A stretch of DNA of 38,251 nt from Folioceros fuciformis (Eukaryota). The stretch lies in contig JBNGIO010002628.1 in NCBI GenBank assembly GCA_049999805.1, forward strand, positions 1 to 38,251, read 5' to 3'. Both the position numbers and the translations under genes were made by a program. Numbering within the stretch: the first letter of the stretch is position 1; the number at the start of each line of letters is the position of its first letter. Below, one piece after another: positions 10,310 to 21,424 of this stretch. Below the pieces are notes generated by a model. The model worked only from the letters and a program-made list of their open reading frames with translations. It had not been told where the DNA came from and did not search any database.

Positions 10310-10760
10310 TCCACCTTACCGTCCCTGGATGCCTTGAAGAGCCATGCTGCACCCCGGCAGCTCATCGTTGAAGGCAGAGTAGGAGCAGCACAAGGGGCAC
10401 AATTGAGGCTGCAGGGACCCGGCGTTGTAGGGCCCTCGGTCCTGTCCGGAAACCAGAAGAGCTCAGCGGTGCAGGCTGGGAACAAAATGGACCATCGGAA
10501 TCTGTATGTATGCTTTTCCTCCCATCAAGTCGACGCTGGAGGAGGAAGAGCCGCCAGTCAATCCAGGATCCCTCCTCCACGTCAATCTCTGGGATGTGGG
10601 CAATGGACCACCAGATCGTTGCCCGTCGTAGAACAGGATGGTCTTGGACCAACAGCAGCGGCATTGCAACCTTTAGTCGCCCACAGTATGCAAGCCAGCG
10701 GCACACACCCACACTATCGAAGCCGCAGCTCGCAGGTGCATTGCCACGCGTGAACTTCGG
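10310..10760 (-). pseudogene. GH9 pseudogene, copy 2 (heavily deleted)
   Basis: [36 protein letters not shown] is followed, after a large deletion, by LCPLCCSYSAFNDEL..AAWLFKASRDGK. Confidence 0.8.
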
Positions 10761-11319
10761 GCAATTTTTTCGAGATACAATGTGAATCTGCTGCAGATAG
10801 CGACCAGATGTGAGCTGTCGAACAAGGACAAGGAGATGGCGGATTGACGAGCAGGATGCAACGCCAGGGACGTGGTGGACGGGGATTAAATGAACTCCAT
10901 TGAACAACGCGCCTCCAGGCGGCGTATTTCGATGTTGGATATATCTTTTCATTTAACAACCACGATAGAATGATTACTTTTGTTGTGAGAAGCTACTCAA
11001 AGCCAGGTTTTACCACATCTACTGATTGAACCTCTTGGGGCACGGATCATCATAAGCTGAACATCAATCCTGATCATGATAGAATTACAGGTTGTAATGT
11101 GCTTACATGAAGGCACTTTGCCTTCTAGTCTCTTTCAATCTCATTACTCCCAGTTGTACTGCCGTCGGCTACTTACACTACCCCTTTTTGTGTGTGCAAC
11201 TAGCCTCATGATTATGTGAGGAATGATGGCAAAGTCGTTAACCATTTCGTACTAATAAGTGCGAAGGAAATTGATGGAGTAAAACGCACGTTGCTCAACA
11301 ACAATGTAGAGCCCAGGAT

Positions 11320-13021
11320 TTAGGGACACCGGCTCCAAATCCAACCCATAACAATGAGAATGGAGTCCGAGAGATGTTTGACTGTGTCGCCGATGTGTAT
11401 CTTGTTAGCCTGCAAGTCCTGCAACAAATTGGGGCTCATCAAGTTTGGCCTAGGTGTGTGAGTAGTCTCAAATATGGGTGGACTAGTGGTACAGTCGCTG
11501 AACTACCTGCAAGATGTCGTTCCAGCATCGTGGACGGGTAGTTCAGCTGCAGGTCTTGTCACTCCAAGAGTTCACCGTGTCCTCCTTCGCAGTCTTTACT
11601 TACAGTTCGTCCTCCTGTCGTCAAAGGAGTCAGAATGGTTGAAAATGTACTACTTCGTGTGCAACCTCTCGTGTACTTGGTGCACGTCTTTAGATATCAG
11701 AAGACTCTAACGATGTCTTCTGGAAAGAGGATGCACTTACCAAGAGCGTCTCCTCTCCCTCTTCAGCCTTAGTAGACAGCATGATTCTCTGATCCAATTC
11801 CGTGACCCGAGTTACATCATCTACGAGGAGCCTGACCGAGCTCCTCTCGAACTGCCAGAGAGTGCCAACAGCATCAGCAAAACTGCAATCCTTAATACAA
11901 GACAACACAACGTCGGATGTTTTCACTAAGAACCATGAGAGTAGTGTGCATTGTCTAGCTGTGTAGACCTTCCGTATGGTTAGTCGGTCAACCTCGACCT
12001 TTGCGTGGTACGTCAAAGGACGCTTTCAATGTGCTTTCTCCGTCTGCAGAATGTGATTTCAGGACTGAAGTTCCATCCACATTGCTTCCGTATTATGCAT
12101 ACGCTGAAAGGAGAAAAAGGGTTGTACCGTCACTATTGACCTTGACTTCGTAAGCTTCCTCGTCCTCCTGGGCAGTCTCTGTGGTATCCTCCTGCCGTGG
12201 ACAAGCCAACTCTTTCAGCTTGTCCAATTGGTGTAAAGGTAGATTTGCGTCCAGCATTTTGACGGGAAGTATACGTCGACTTTTCGGGTCGACCCCTTTG
12301 AAGCTCCTGTTCAAGTTCAGTTTTTGAAAAGGAAGGAAGATGTTTGAGTGCATCAAGAATGGCTGAATCCTTCAAATTCGACTTGCAAATTAAGCCACGA
12401 GGGCGTACTGAGCTGCAAATTTAACAGACCATTCAAAGTTGAAGGTGCAAGGGGCCAAACCGAGCCGCAACCTAGTTCTCACACGGGCTCTCTGAGAGTC
12501 ACCCATGTCAGCACACAGGTTGACAAGCTCTCCCAGAGCTACCCTCAAGTCCTGCTCCAGATTGGACCTCAGTTGCAGACCTTGATCCGTAGGCACTCCT
12601 GATCCTGGAACCTTCTCATGAGCCATAGCTGAAGACGAGGCTGAAACAGTTTGTTCGAATACGCAGACATATGAGCCAGAAATCAACACATGAATTGCAG
12701 ATCTATCTACGCCATGACAGCACGCCTTAAATATAATTGTGGAGCATTAACTCACAAGAGGCCTCCGAGGATATCCAAGTCCTGGGCCGGGGCTGGGGCC
12801 GGGGCCGGGGCCGGAGCCGGAGACGGAGACGGAGACAAGATGAGCCGGCACACTTTCGCATTGTCGTCACATGCGTGGAATCGAAGGGGTTCGTTTTTCT
12901 GGGACAAGACGCACTGCTTCTTGATCGCCCTCGCAGAATATCAAGTGCCGGGAGGAGTCGTTCCCTGGCAGATTCTGGGGCCACCGTTTTGAAGGTGTAG
13001 GGAAATTTATTTTCTGGCCAT
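11320..13021 (-). pseudogene. Pseudogene paralogue of the 7847-9696 gene
   Basis: Starts MARK*ISLHLQ (compare MGKYIPPHLR), has a second stop in exon 1, and its first donor reads GC. It shares LRS.LEQDLR..L.EL..LCAD.GD, LD.NLP....DKLKE, D.R.ML.T and a last exon ANK...WIWSRCP*. A GCCGGG/GACGGA hexamer expansion lies at ~12783-12835. Confidence 0.85.
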
Positions 13022-13601
13022 GCCAAGAAGATAGAATCAAGGCTATGGAACTCCTCGTCGCCTGTCTTGATCAAACAACTTCCTCGATTCCTGATTTCTC
13101 TGCGGGTAAGAGCAGAACGCTTCCGGGATTGTGAGAGTCAGGTACAACCGAATGCTTCAAAGAGGTCGGAGATTAAACAGGTGATTTGACGCCAGGTCAA
13201 CTAATAGAGAAGCTCCAGCCACTGATGTGATTTGGAAATAGTTCGGCAGCGGTATACAGTATGTGGCATTTGTGGATGCAAGTACTGCAAGGCTAACAAA
13301 TCGCTCAGAAGGAAATGTGGCTGTCCTTCCGAGGCGGACGCTGACTATCTAACACCACCCTTAACCACCATAACCACATATTACCCTCAATGCACATGCA
13401 GAGGGCGGTAGGGGAGCATGTTGAGGGAAAAACTACTGCCAGGACCGAGTTTGTTATATTGGCAGCCCAGGAAGGCAACCTTTACCTGGTGGTGCCACAT
13501 CGTCCTTACGTAAGGCTGCGGGATTACATTACTCTCCTGCTACAAACTGATACACGGTATTTGGGCTTGTCAATGGGTGCTGTTCAGTCCACATCTAAGT
13601 T

Positions 13602-15260
13602 TTAATCTTGGGCTGTAGGCTGTGGAGCCGATAGCAAGGTGTGCCAAGAGTTCCACCATGACATCGTTGGTGGGCTTGGCCTGGCCTGCTCGTAGTTGTT
13701 GCGATCGTTAGCATGAGCACCAGCGTCGTCTGGTCCTCCTACGATGCGGGCCGCCTCCCGTCAGCTGGTTGGGATCGGAAGTCCTGGCATTGACGTAGAA
13801 GGAGAAGCTGTCAGAACTGTCGATCTTGGCGGGTGAGGGTGAGTCTTCATGCAGGGGACCGAAGCCGCGCGGGCGAACCCGCTGGTGAACCCGCTGCGGG
13901 ACACTGGTCCCAAATCCCACCATGTACAACATGCTCTGACTCAGAGGATTGTCTCCCAGATGTAGTCCACCTGTTACAGGCAAGTGATCGCTGTCAGCTG
14001 CCTTAAGCGTCACCCAGCACAAACTATGCAATCCATCAGACTGTGAAGTAGGAGCCGAGCATCATTTGCACCCCAGGACCTGCAGGCGACACTACTGGCA
14101 GTAGTGTTCGTACCTGGGTTATGGCGTGGAGACAGAGCTGGGCAGGAGTGATGACCGTGGTGCCACAAGTGACTGTCTGTTGAGCTGCGTCCAGGCACTT
14201 GGCGTAGACAAAGAGAAGGAAGGAAGATGCAGTCACGTACTGCAGATTACTGCCTGCCGCGAAATAGAAGAGCCCAGTGCACCTGCAGTAGGCACGGCCC
14301 AGTGAGATTTCATTCGCAATGCAAATCACTTGCAATTGTGAGAGCAAAGTGAGGATTCATTCATTCAATTCGTCAAAAAGCAAGGAGATATATGGATGTT
14401 CAAGGTACCGCATTTGCTTACCAGGAGTGTACATGGGCCCTCCCAGCTCCTCGCCCTTGTCCACAAGACACTGCAGATACTTGTCGTCCCTGGATGGCTT
14501 GAATAGCCAAGCTGCTACCCACAGCAGATCATCCTTGAATCCCGAGAAAGAGCAGTAGAAGGGGCAGAGTTGCGACCTCAGCCACCCGTCGCTGTAGGCT
14601 GCTCTGTACTTGTCCGCAAACGAGAAGAGCTCGGTGGCGCTGGGCAAAAGCGCTGCAGAGTGCTGGGCGTCAGAATCTTGGAAGACTATGGACTCAGCGG
14701 TCAGCGTGGCAGCCGTTTCCCAAGCCACATCTGACCTGGATTGGTTGCACCAGTCTTGTGTGGAGTGCGGTCTGTTCACATGTCCCCCGGCCTCTGCCAG
14801 CACGCATGATCCTCGGTCGGGTACGCCACCTGAACGTACAGCTCACGATCGGTTGGTCCCGTGTGACCTTTCAGCAGGCAATCAGGTCCCCAGCGAATCG
14901 CATCGTGTCCGTGGGTCATCTCCCCGGCTGCACTCAGCTCCCTGCCCTTTTCAATTACCGCCCACGACAGCAGGGTGACGGTGAAGGCCACGGCAGGCCG
15001 AACTTCACATTGTCGCCAGTGTCGTACTACCCTCTCACCAAATCGATGCCGGAGGACGAGCCGTCAGTCAATCCAGAATCCCCTCTCCAAACCAATCTTT
15101 GGGACGTGGGCAGCGGCCCAGATCGCTCCCCTCGTAGAAGAGTATGGCCTTGTACAGGACGTCCCTGTAACTAGCTGCCCCCGAATCCTGCACGAGCATC
15201 AACCCTCAGCCCTGCACCCAAGCAAGGCAAGCCACACCCAGCCACACTCCAAATGCGTTG
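13602..15260 (-). pseudogene. GH9 pseudogene, copy 3 (near full length)
   Basis: Contains [90 protein letters not shown] and DRNNYEQA, with many frameshifts and an internal deletion. Confidence 0.9.
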
Positions 15261-16143
15261 AACTTTGGCTCTCTTCCGCTAGTTCCTCCTCTCTTTTTTG
15301 TTTTTTAATCGTGTTTTCCATCTCTTTTCCAACAGAATCTACAACAAACCTCAAACTGTGTGTACTACATGTTTGTATCCTGTCCTGAAGTGATGGGATG
15401 GGGACTAGGCTAGGCGCATTCATGGAGGGTCGAAAGCAGAGTGTTGTATTTTCTCGATGGCCACATACAGGACAATGTCGTTATGTGCGCCGAGAGCACT
15501 CGGGTGCTTTAGTTCCTTGAGGAACCGGGAAACGGTTGCAAGGTTCAAGCGTCGAGGGCCGCCGAGCCGAGCATGTTCACAGTTCAAAGGGAGCGGACAC
15601 TAGCTGCAGGGGAGGGCATTAAACAGCATGCTGAAATACCCTTTTTCCTTTCGTCTAACTAAGCATATAAAGAGGGTGTCAGAAGTTGAGCAGAAAGCGT
15701 CACGAGCTCCCACGACAGTGGCGCATCCAATGGGTCACGGATGGAACGTGTGAACGGTGCTCGTCCTTGTCTTCAAGTGTGATGGGTGACTTATGAATAG
15801 ATGATTCTTGTAGGAGGCATGAGTTGAGTGAGCAGGACCATGATCACCAACAGCACTGCCTCACGGTGTGCCTAATGCCAGGCCCTGCTCTGTCCGGCCC
15901 GAGACTTGAGATTCACAAGTGCTCGGCTTGTGATCGAGTTGTGAATAGTGGATTGACATGTCATTGGTAGATAGTTCCTGCTGCTGCTCGAGACACTGCT
16001 GAAATCAGCTTTTGGGGTGACACTTGCTGATACTCAGTCTGCAGGCTCGACTCTGCTGGTTAGAAAAAGCCCAGCCAGTGGGTGCACCGGCCTGGACCAC
16101 CCACAGTGCACGAGGCGTTGAGGAACTGTAGCAGCGTCTGGCC

Positions 16144-18367
16144 ATGGCCATGGATCAGACTGTCACACGGTTGGGGTTGCGTGCTCTTCGCGGACTCCCT
16201 CTCGTGCTCACGCTGTGCTTGACTGGAGTCTGGGAGGCACGGGCTAATTTTACCTCGTCTCATTACCTGGATGCTCTCACCAAGTCCATCATGTTTTTCG
16301 AAGGGCAGAGGTCAGGGAAGCTGCCCTCGTCGCAGAGAATGTCATGGAGGGGAGATTCCGCGCTCACTGATGGTCATTCAGACGGTGTAAGCTCGACTTG
16401 TCAATGAGAACGGCATGTTGTGTTCGACTTGGAGTCGCGAGATCCTTGGTACTGACCGGCATCGTGTGTCCCTGTAGGTGGATTTGACAGGAGGTTACTA
16501 CGATGCTGGCGACAATGTGAAATTCGGTTTCCCCATGGCATTTTCCTTGACCATGCTGTCTTGGAACGCCATCGCCTTCCGGAGTTCGTTGTCCAGAGCC
16601 AAGGAAATGGACAACCTTCGAGCTGCCATTCGATGGGGCACAGATTATCTGCTCAAAGCTCACACGGGCCCTACTGAACTCTACGTCCAGGTAATGTGTA
16701 TGTGAAGTCCCGCTAACGTTCAGTTCCAAATGGGACGACAACATTGCTATGCTACTGTAACGGCCGTCGCTGTTATTGAGATGTACGTGAGGGTGTCTCT
16801 GGCTGAAAACCGTTACAGGTCGCGAATACTTACAAGGATCACTCCTGCTGGGAGAGAGCTGAGGGAATGGACACCGACAGAACCCCGTACAAAATCACAG
16901 CCCAAAACGGTGGCTCAGACGTTGCGGCTGAAACAGCCGCTGCACTGTCTGCCGCTTCCATTGTGTTCAGAACAGTCGACAAAGCTTACTCGCAGAAACT
17001 CCAATTTCACGCACAACAGGTGAAACGATTTCGACCACTTACTGCATCTAAATTGGATGGCCGGCATCGGTACCCAATGTTCCTTCATGCTGTGCTCCAC
17101 ACCAACGACGTTGCAAATCGCAGATGTTTGAATTTGCGGACGAACATCGGGTTGCGTACAGCAGCGGTCCTCTGGGCTCCATTGTGTGCCCATTCTACTG
17201 CTCTTACTCTGGCTACAATGTAAGTAGATGGGATGTCAAGTTCCAGCTGGACGCCGTTGCTAGCCATAGCGTGGGCGAAATAGTAACAATGTTGTCGGCT
17301 CGCGCAGGATGAGCTTCTTTGGGGAGCAATGTGGCTGCGTCTGGCTTCCGGAGACGACAAATACCTGCAATACGTGATCCAGAACGGGGGGAGCTTGGGC
17401 GGCACCACCACATCCATGAACGCCTTCGATTGGGACAACAAGTACGCTGGAGTGCAAGTCCTGGCAGCTCAGGTAACTAAAGTTGTTGAAGTTCATCTGT
17501 CTAGCTTCACATGTTGTCCAATCAAGCGTGCCCACGAACATGTTGCAAATGCTCCTGTGGCCAGCTCTACATCTCCGGAGCGAGCTCTGATCTGGAGCAA
17601 TACAAAGCTCGAGCTGACGACTTCGTTTGCTCTGTCATGCCCGGGGTCTGGGGCCAAACTACCACTCGAGGTGAGCCTGCAGCCGGCGACTTCGGGCTGT
17701 ACAACGGGACATGATTTGTACCACTGGTGCCATTCCAATCATCTGATGTGCTCTCCCATCGGCTTGTCAGGCGGGCTCCTGTGGCACCAGTCCGGCAGCA
17801 ACATGCAATATGTGACAAGCACAGCTTTCCTCCTGGCAGCCTACTCCAGGAGTGCAGTGGGACCGCACCGAGTGCGGTGCGGCGAGCGAGGGAGCTTGAA
17901 GGCAACCCAGTTGGCATCCTTCGCCAGGCGGCAGGTAACTTCCACTACCTCGAATATCTGGCACTGCCAGTGCCCCATCCATTCCACATCATTCCCCTGC
18001 TAGTGCTCCACAAAATTCATGCGTCCTTGCCCTCCCACGCCTGCAGGTGGACTACATCCTCGGTGACAACCCGCTGGGAATGTCGTACATGGTAGGCTTC
18101 GGATCCAAATACCCGCAGCAAGTGCACCACCGCTCAGCCAGCAACCCGTCCCAGATGGTTCACCCCGCCTTCATCCCCTGCTCCGACAGTTTCAACTTCC
18201 TCAACCTCGACAAGCCCAACCCCAACCTCCTCGTGGGGGCGATCGTGGGCGGCCCCGACTATGACGACCGCTTCAACGACCAGCGGTCCAACTACGGCCA
18301 GACCGAGCCCGCCCTCTACATCAACGCCCCGGTGGTGGGCCTACTCGCTAAGCTCGCCAAACCCTAG
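16144..18367 (+). CDS. Secreted GH9 (class B-like) endo-1,4-beta-glucanase, 8 exons (16144-16386, 16478-16690, 16819-17019, 17124-17219, 17308-17472, 17565-17670, 17771-17934, 18047-18367), 502 aa
   Basis: Signal peptide, [23 protein letters not shown] catalytic Asp motif, HHRSAS, and [13 protein letters not shown] catalytic Glu. All introns are GT-AG and in phase; no CBM49 tail. Confidence 0.95.
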
Positions 18368-18571
18368 CTATGGCAGCAAACGTCCCTCACGTTCACAGCT
18401 GTGGACTCCACATTGCTTTCGATCATCGCCACGATAATGATGATACCGTGGTGCACGATCCCGCGATTCCACTCGCTTGCATTCGCACTTATTCAATTTC
18501 TCCCGTCCCATGGTCCCCGCTCTGGCAGTGCTGCAATCGCTCCCTGTCTCGGGCGATCCCTGGCCGAGAAC

Positions 18572-19060
18572 ATGGAATGTTGCATGTCGCGATTCGTAAG
18601 AGCGTGGCGAGCGAGGGAGGCGCCTCATGAGCCTCCGCGCCGGCCGGTGGTGACCGTCCTGGGACAAAGCGGCCGCGCAGTGGAGTTTCCGCGGAGAGTG
18701 AAATGCAGCGAGCTGCTGCTGGCGTACCCGTCTCACACTGTGTTGCATGCCGCCGCTGTGGTGCTGAGGAGACCCGGCTGGCGGCTTCCCCGTGACGCTT
18801 TCTTGGAGGTCGGCCACACATACCTGCTGGCGGCCAAGCCAAGTACTCAGTCCCCCGTCCAGTTTGTCATCTCCAAGGAGCACGCTGCCAGAATCATGCG
18901 GGAAGCTGCCACAACTGCTACTTCTATCGCTCCTGGTGCAGGCCATTTCCCTGTCCCTGTACCTTCTAGGCAGGCTCGAAAGGCCATCTCCTCGAAGCGG
19001 GGAAGGTTGCAACCCTGGGTTTCCAGACTCTCCCCCATTCCGGAGATGGCAGCTGTTTGA
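18572..19060 (+). CDS. PADRE / DUF4228 family protein, single exon, 162 aa
   Basis: VTVLGQSGRAVEF...SELLLAYPSHTV...LPRDAFLEVGHTYLL and C-terminal W..RLSPIPE match the DUF4228 pattern. ATG at 18572 chosen as start. Confidence 0.75.
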   Translation: MECCMSRFVRAWRAREAPHEPPRRPVVTVLGQSGRAVEFPRRVKCSELLLAYPSHTVLHAAAVVLRRPGWRLPRDAFLEVGHTYLLAAKPSTQSPVQFVISKEHAARIMREAATTATSIAPGAGHFPVPVPSRQARKAISSKRGRLQPWVSRLSPIPEMAAV

Positions 19061-19609
19061 AATTTGCTTGCTCTGCTTTGTTGCAATCGCAGCTCGCCAG
19101 CACTAGCAGCTTTGCGGAAAAGATAACCACCGCAGATCATGAATCTTTATTTCTGCATCAACCTCGGGGCTCTCAGCGGCAGCAAGTGGAGCTGGCAGCG
19201 GAGTTCCTCCAACATGGCAATGCAATGAATTACGCACTGCAATGAGAGTCTTGTTGAAGTGGCGAGCAAGGATCTGGGAGAGGGAGCAAGGAATGAGAGT
19301 GCTGACTGCTATGTCTTTGATTCACTCAAGGGCAGACTGTGGGGAAGGAACCAATGCTGTTTGTTTGGTGTAAGCTACATGTGTATGGAAGAAATCAACA
19401 CCAAAATCCGCCCTTCGCACTTCCAGTTCCTCGCTTTCCGAACACATCTTCGGAGCCAAAGATTCTGGTAGCGGGGAAGCAGGTAGAGCAGCACAATCAA
19501 AGACGCAGGACACACCACGATGTCGACGAAGTCTAACATCGCTAGCTAACAAACACGCACACACAGCGATATATTGTAGTACGATGGGCCAAGCTATCTT
19601 CCGCTTTAG

Positions 19610-20359
19610 CTACTGCTCGATAGTGGATTCCACGGCTGCGCCGGAAGTTTTGACAGCCGATGTGGTCACACTAGCGTCGGCAAGGTCCGCCTGAGAGAAT
19701 CCGAAGTACAGCGCGAGTATGACGGAGGCAGCCACAGCCACGGGCACGCCCCAGGACTGTCTGGTCTCCTCAGAGTTGAAGCCGCGCAGAGTGGCAAGCA
19801 GGAGCGAGAGGGAGAGCAGGGCGGAGGCAGCGCAGTAGGTGCAGGAAGCGCCTTCGAACTTGGCGACGACTATGTAGATGAAGTAGGCGCTGGCAGCAGA
19901 CATGGCGGTGGTGCAGGAGAGGAGGAGCCACTTGTAGTCCTGCTTTTTCACCAGGCCCAGCAGGGAGACAGCCCCGTAGAACGTCACTCCCAACACAGAG
20001 ATGGGGATGCCGTAGACAACAGACAGGTCCCCATTGAGCACGTCGGAGCAGCCGGGGCCGCCCAGGGGACACGCAACTGCGCCTTGCGTGACCTTGGTCC
20101 AGGCCAGGAAGCTGGATTCCGCCAGCCCCGCGGCCGCCAGGCCCGTGATGAGGGGGTAGGGCACGGAATTCTTCTCCGCAGCACTGGCCGGGCTCTGGCT
20201 GCTCGCCCTGCAAACGAGCCCCAAGCATCCACGTCTCTCAAACTTGGCAGGAGAGAAATTCAGAGTCTTCGGACTCAGATCTAGCGGGAGCAACCCTGAA
20301 GGAAGCCGGAGGGGCCGGGAAGTGGAGTACACCGACGACAATGATGCCGCACCCGCCAT
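19610..20359 (-). CDS. Plastid VKOR-domain thiol oxidoreductase, LTO1-like but lacking the thioredoxin domain; intronless, 249 aa
   Basis: Transit-peptide-like N-terminus, loop cysteines CPLGGPGC, GIP.S.LG..YG, active-site CTYC and several hydrophobic helices. The stop follows shortly after the last helix. Confidence 0.85.
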   Translation of the reverse strand: MAGAASLSSVYSTSRPLRLPSGLLPLDLSPKTLNFSPAKFERRGCLGLVCRASSQSPASAAEKNSVPYPLITGLAAAGLAESSFLAWTKVTQGAVACPLGGPGCSDVLNGDLSVVYGIPISVLGVTFYGAVSLLGLVKKQDYKWLLLSCTTAMSAASAYFIYIVVAKFEGASCTYCAASALLSLSLLLATLRGFNSEETRQSWGVPVAVAASVILALYFGFSQADLADASVTTSAVKTSGAAVESTIEQ

Positions 20360-21159
20360 GATCCTTGGAGCCGAGGAGGAGCTGTCGCTTGCTGGATGAG
20401 GTCGAAGAGGACGAGGAACCGGGAGGATTCGAGCGATGTCCTGAGCTTGGTGCAAGTAAGTCGAGCCGAGTGTACAAATATTGAGGTCGGGCGTGCATCG
20501 GTGGCACAGGCTGATGGATCCCTCCAGATTTTTCCCCCCGATTGAGGAGCATCAAGGTTGGCTCCATGGCCGAGGCGCATCCTGTGCATGTGCAAGTTGC
20601 ACTCTGCTCTCATGAACCCGATGTGGAGGGTTGTACGCTCCAGGCCTGTTCTTGAGAAGTTGGAAAGCCTGGCCGGTGAGCATGCCCCCGCAGGCTGGCA
20701 TATGCAAACGAGGGGAAACGAGTCCCGTGGGCCTTGTCCCGGCTTCACCGGCTGGCACCACGTTCCCGAGTCCCCAGGACTGAGATGGATAATCCATTGC
20801 TAATTCCAACGCAGTCGTCCTTGGACAGAATGCCAATTATTTTGCAACTATACATTTTCGATGTGCAAATCTTCAAGAAGCAGACCTGTCAGCTTTCACG
20901 ATTTGGTGCTTCTAGGAAAGATCATACCTGTTTTCTCATACCTTATGAACAACATGGTTTAAGTTGAAAACAAGTTAAGACTAGTTTTTTTTAGGAATTT
21001 GCATTTAATTTTTTTAAGACAGAGATGCTTTTTTAAAGCATCTCTCTCTTTAGCTTTGTATGGAATACCGAAAATTTAGGGCGGCAGTACATGGTGCATA
21101 CGGAATACCGATACAGACAAGGGTTGTTTCACAAAAATTTTAGGGTACACGGTGCAAAC

Positions 21160-21412
21160 TGTTAAAGGGAAACCCCATGCATCCCACACTTCAATTACGG
21201 TTTTAGGCCACCGACCGCCATGTGGTGAATCGATAATTAGTTTATATTAATAACCAATAGATGGCAAATAGGTACGAATAGTCCAATAGTCATATAGGCA
21301 AAACGATATAACCGTTGGCAAGAGTTACAATGTTTCACACTGGATTCTCGGCATTGTACACAAGGTCAGAATGGCCATGAATTAATCTAATCTATCTTGC
21401 AGAGATTCAACA
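21160..21412 (+). repeat. 5' LTR (253 bp)
   Basis: TGTTAAAGGG...GATTCAACA; direct repeat of 26119-26376. Confidence 0.95.
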
Positions 21413-21424
21413 CGGTATCAGAGC
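21413..21424 (+). promoter_or_regulatory. Primer-binding site for tRNA-iMet
   Basis: CGGTATCAGAGC directly after the 5' LTR; one change from canonical TGGTATCAGAGC, the complement of the tRNA-iMet 3' end. Confidence 0.9.

Noticed and set aside
18368..19012. 214-aa antisense ORF, and similar long shadow ORFs at 19770-20228, 32396-33139 and 34791-35342
   Set aside because: They overlap recognised genes in GC-rich coding DNA and show no motifs.
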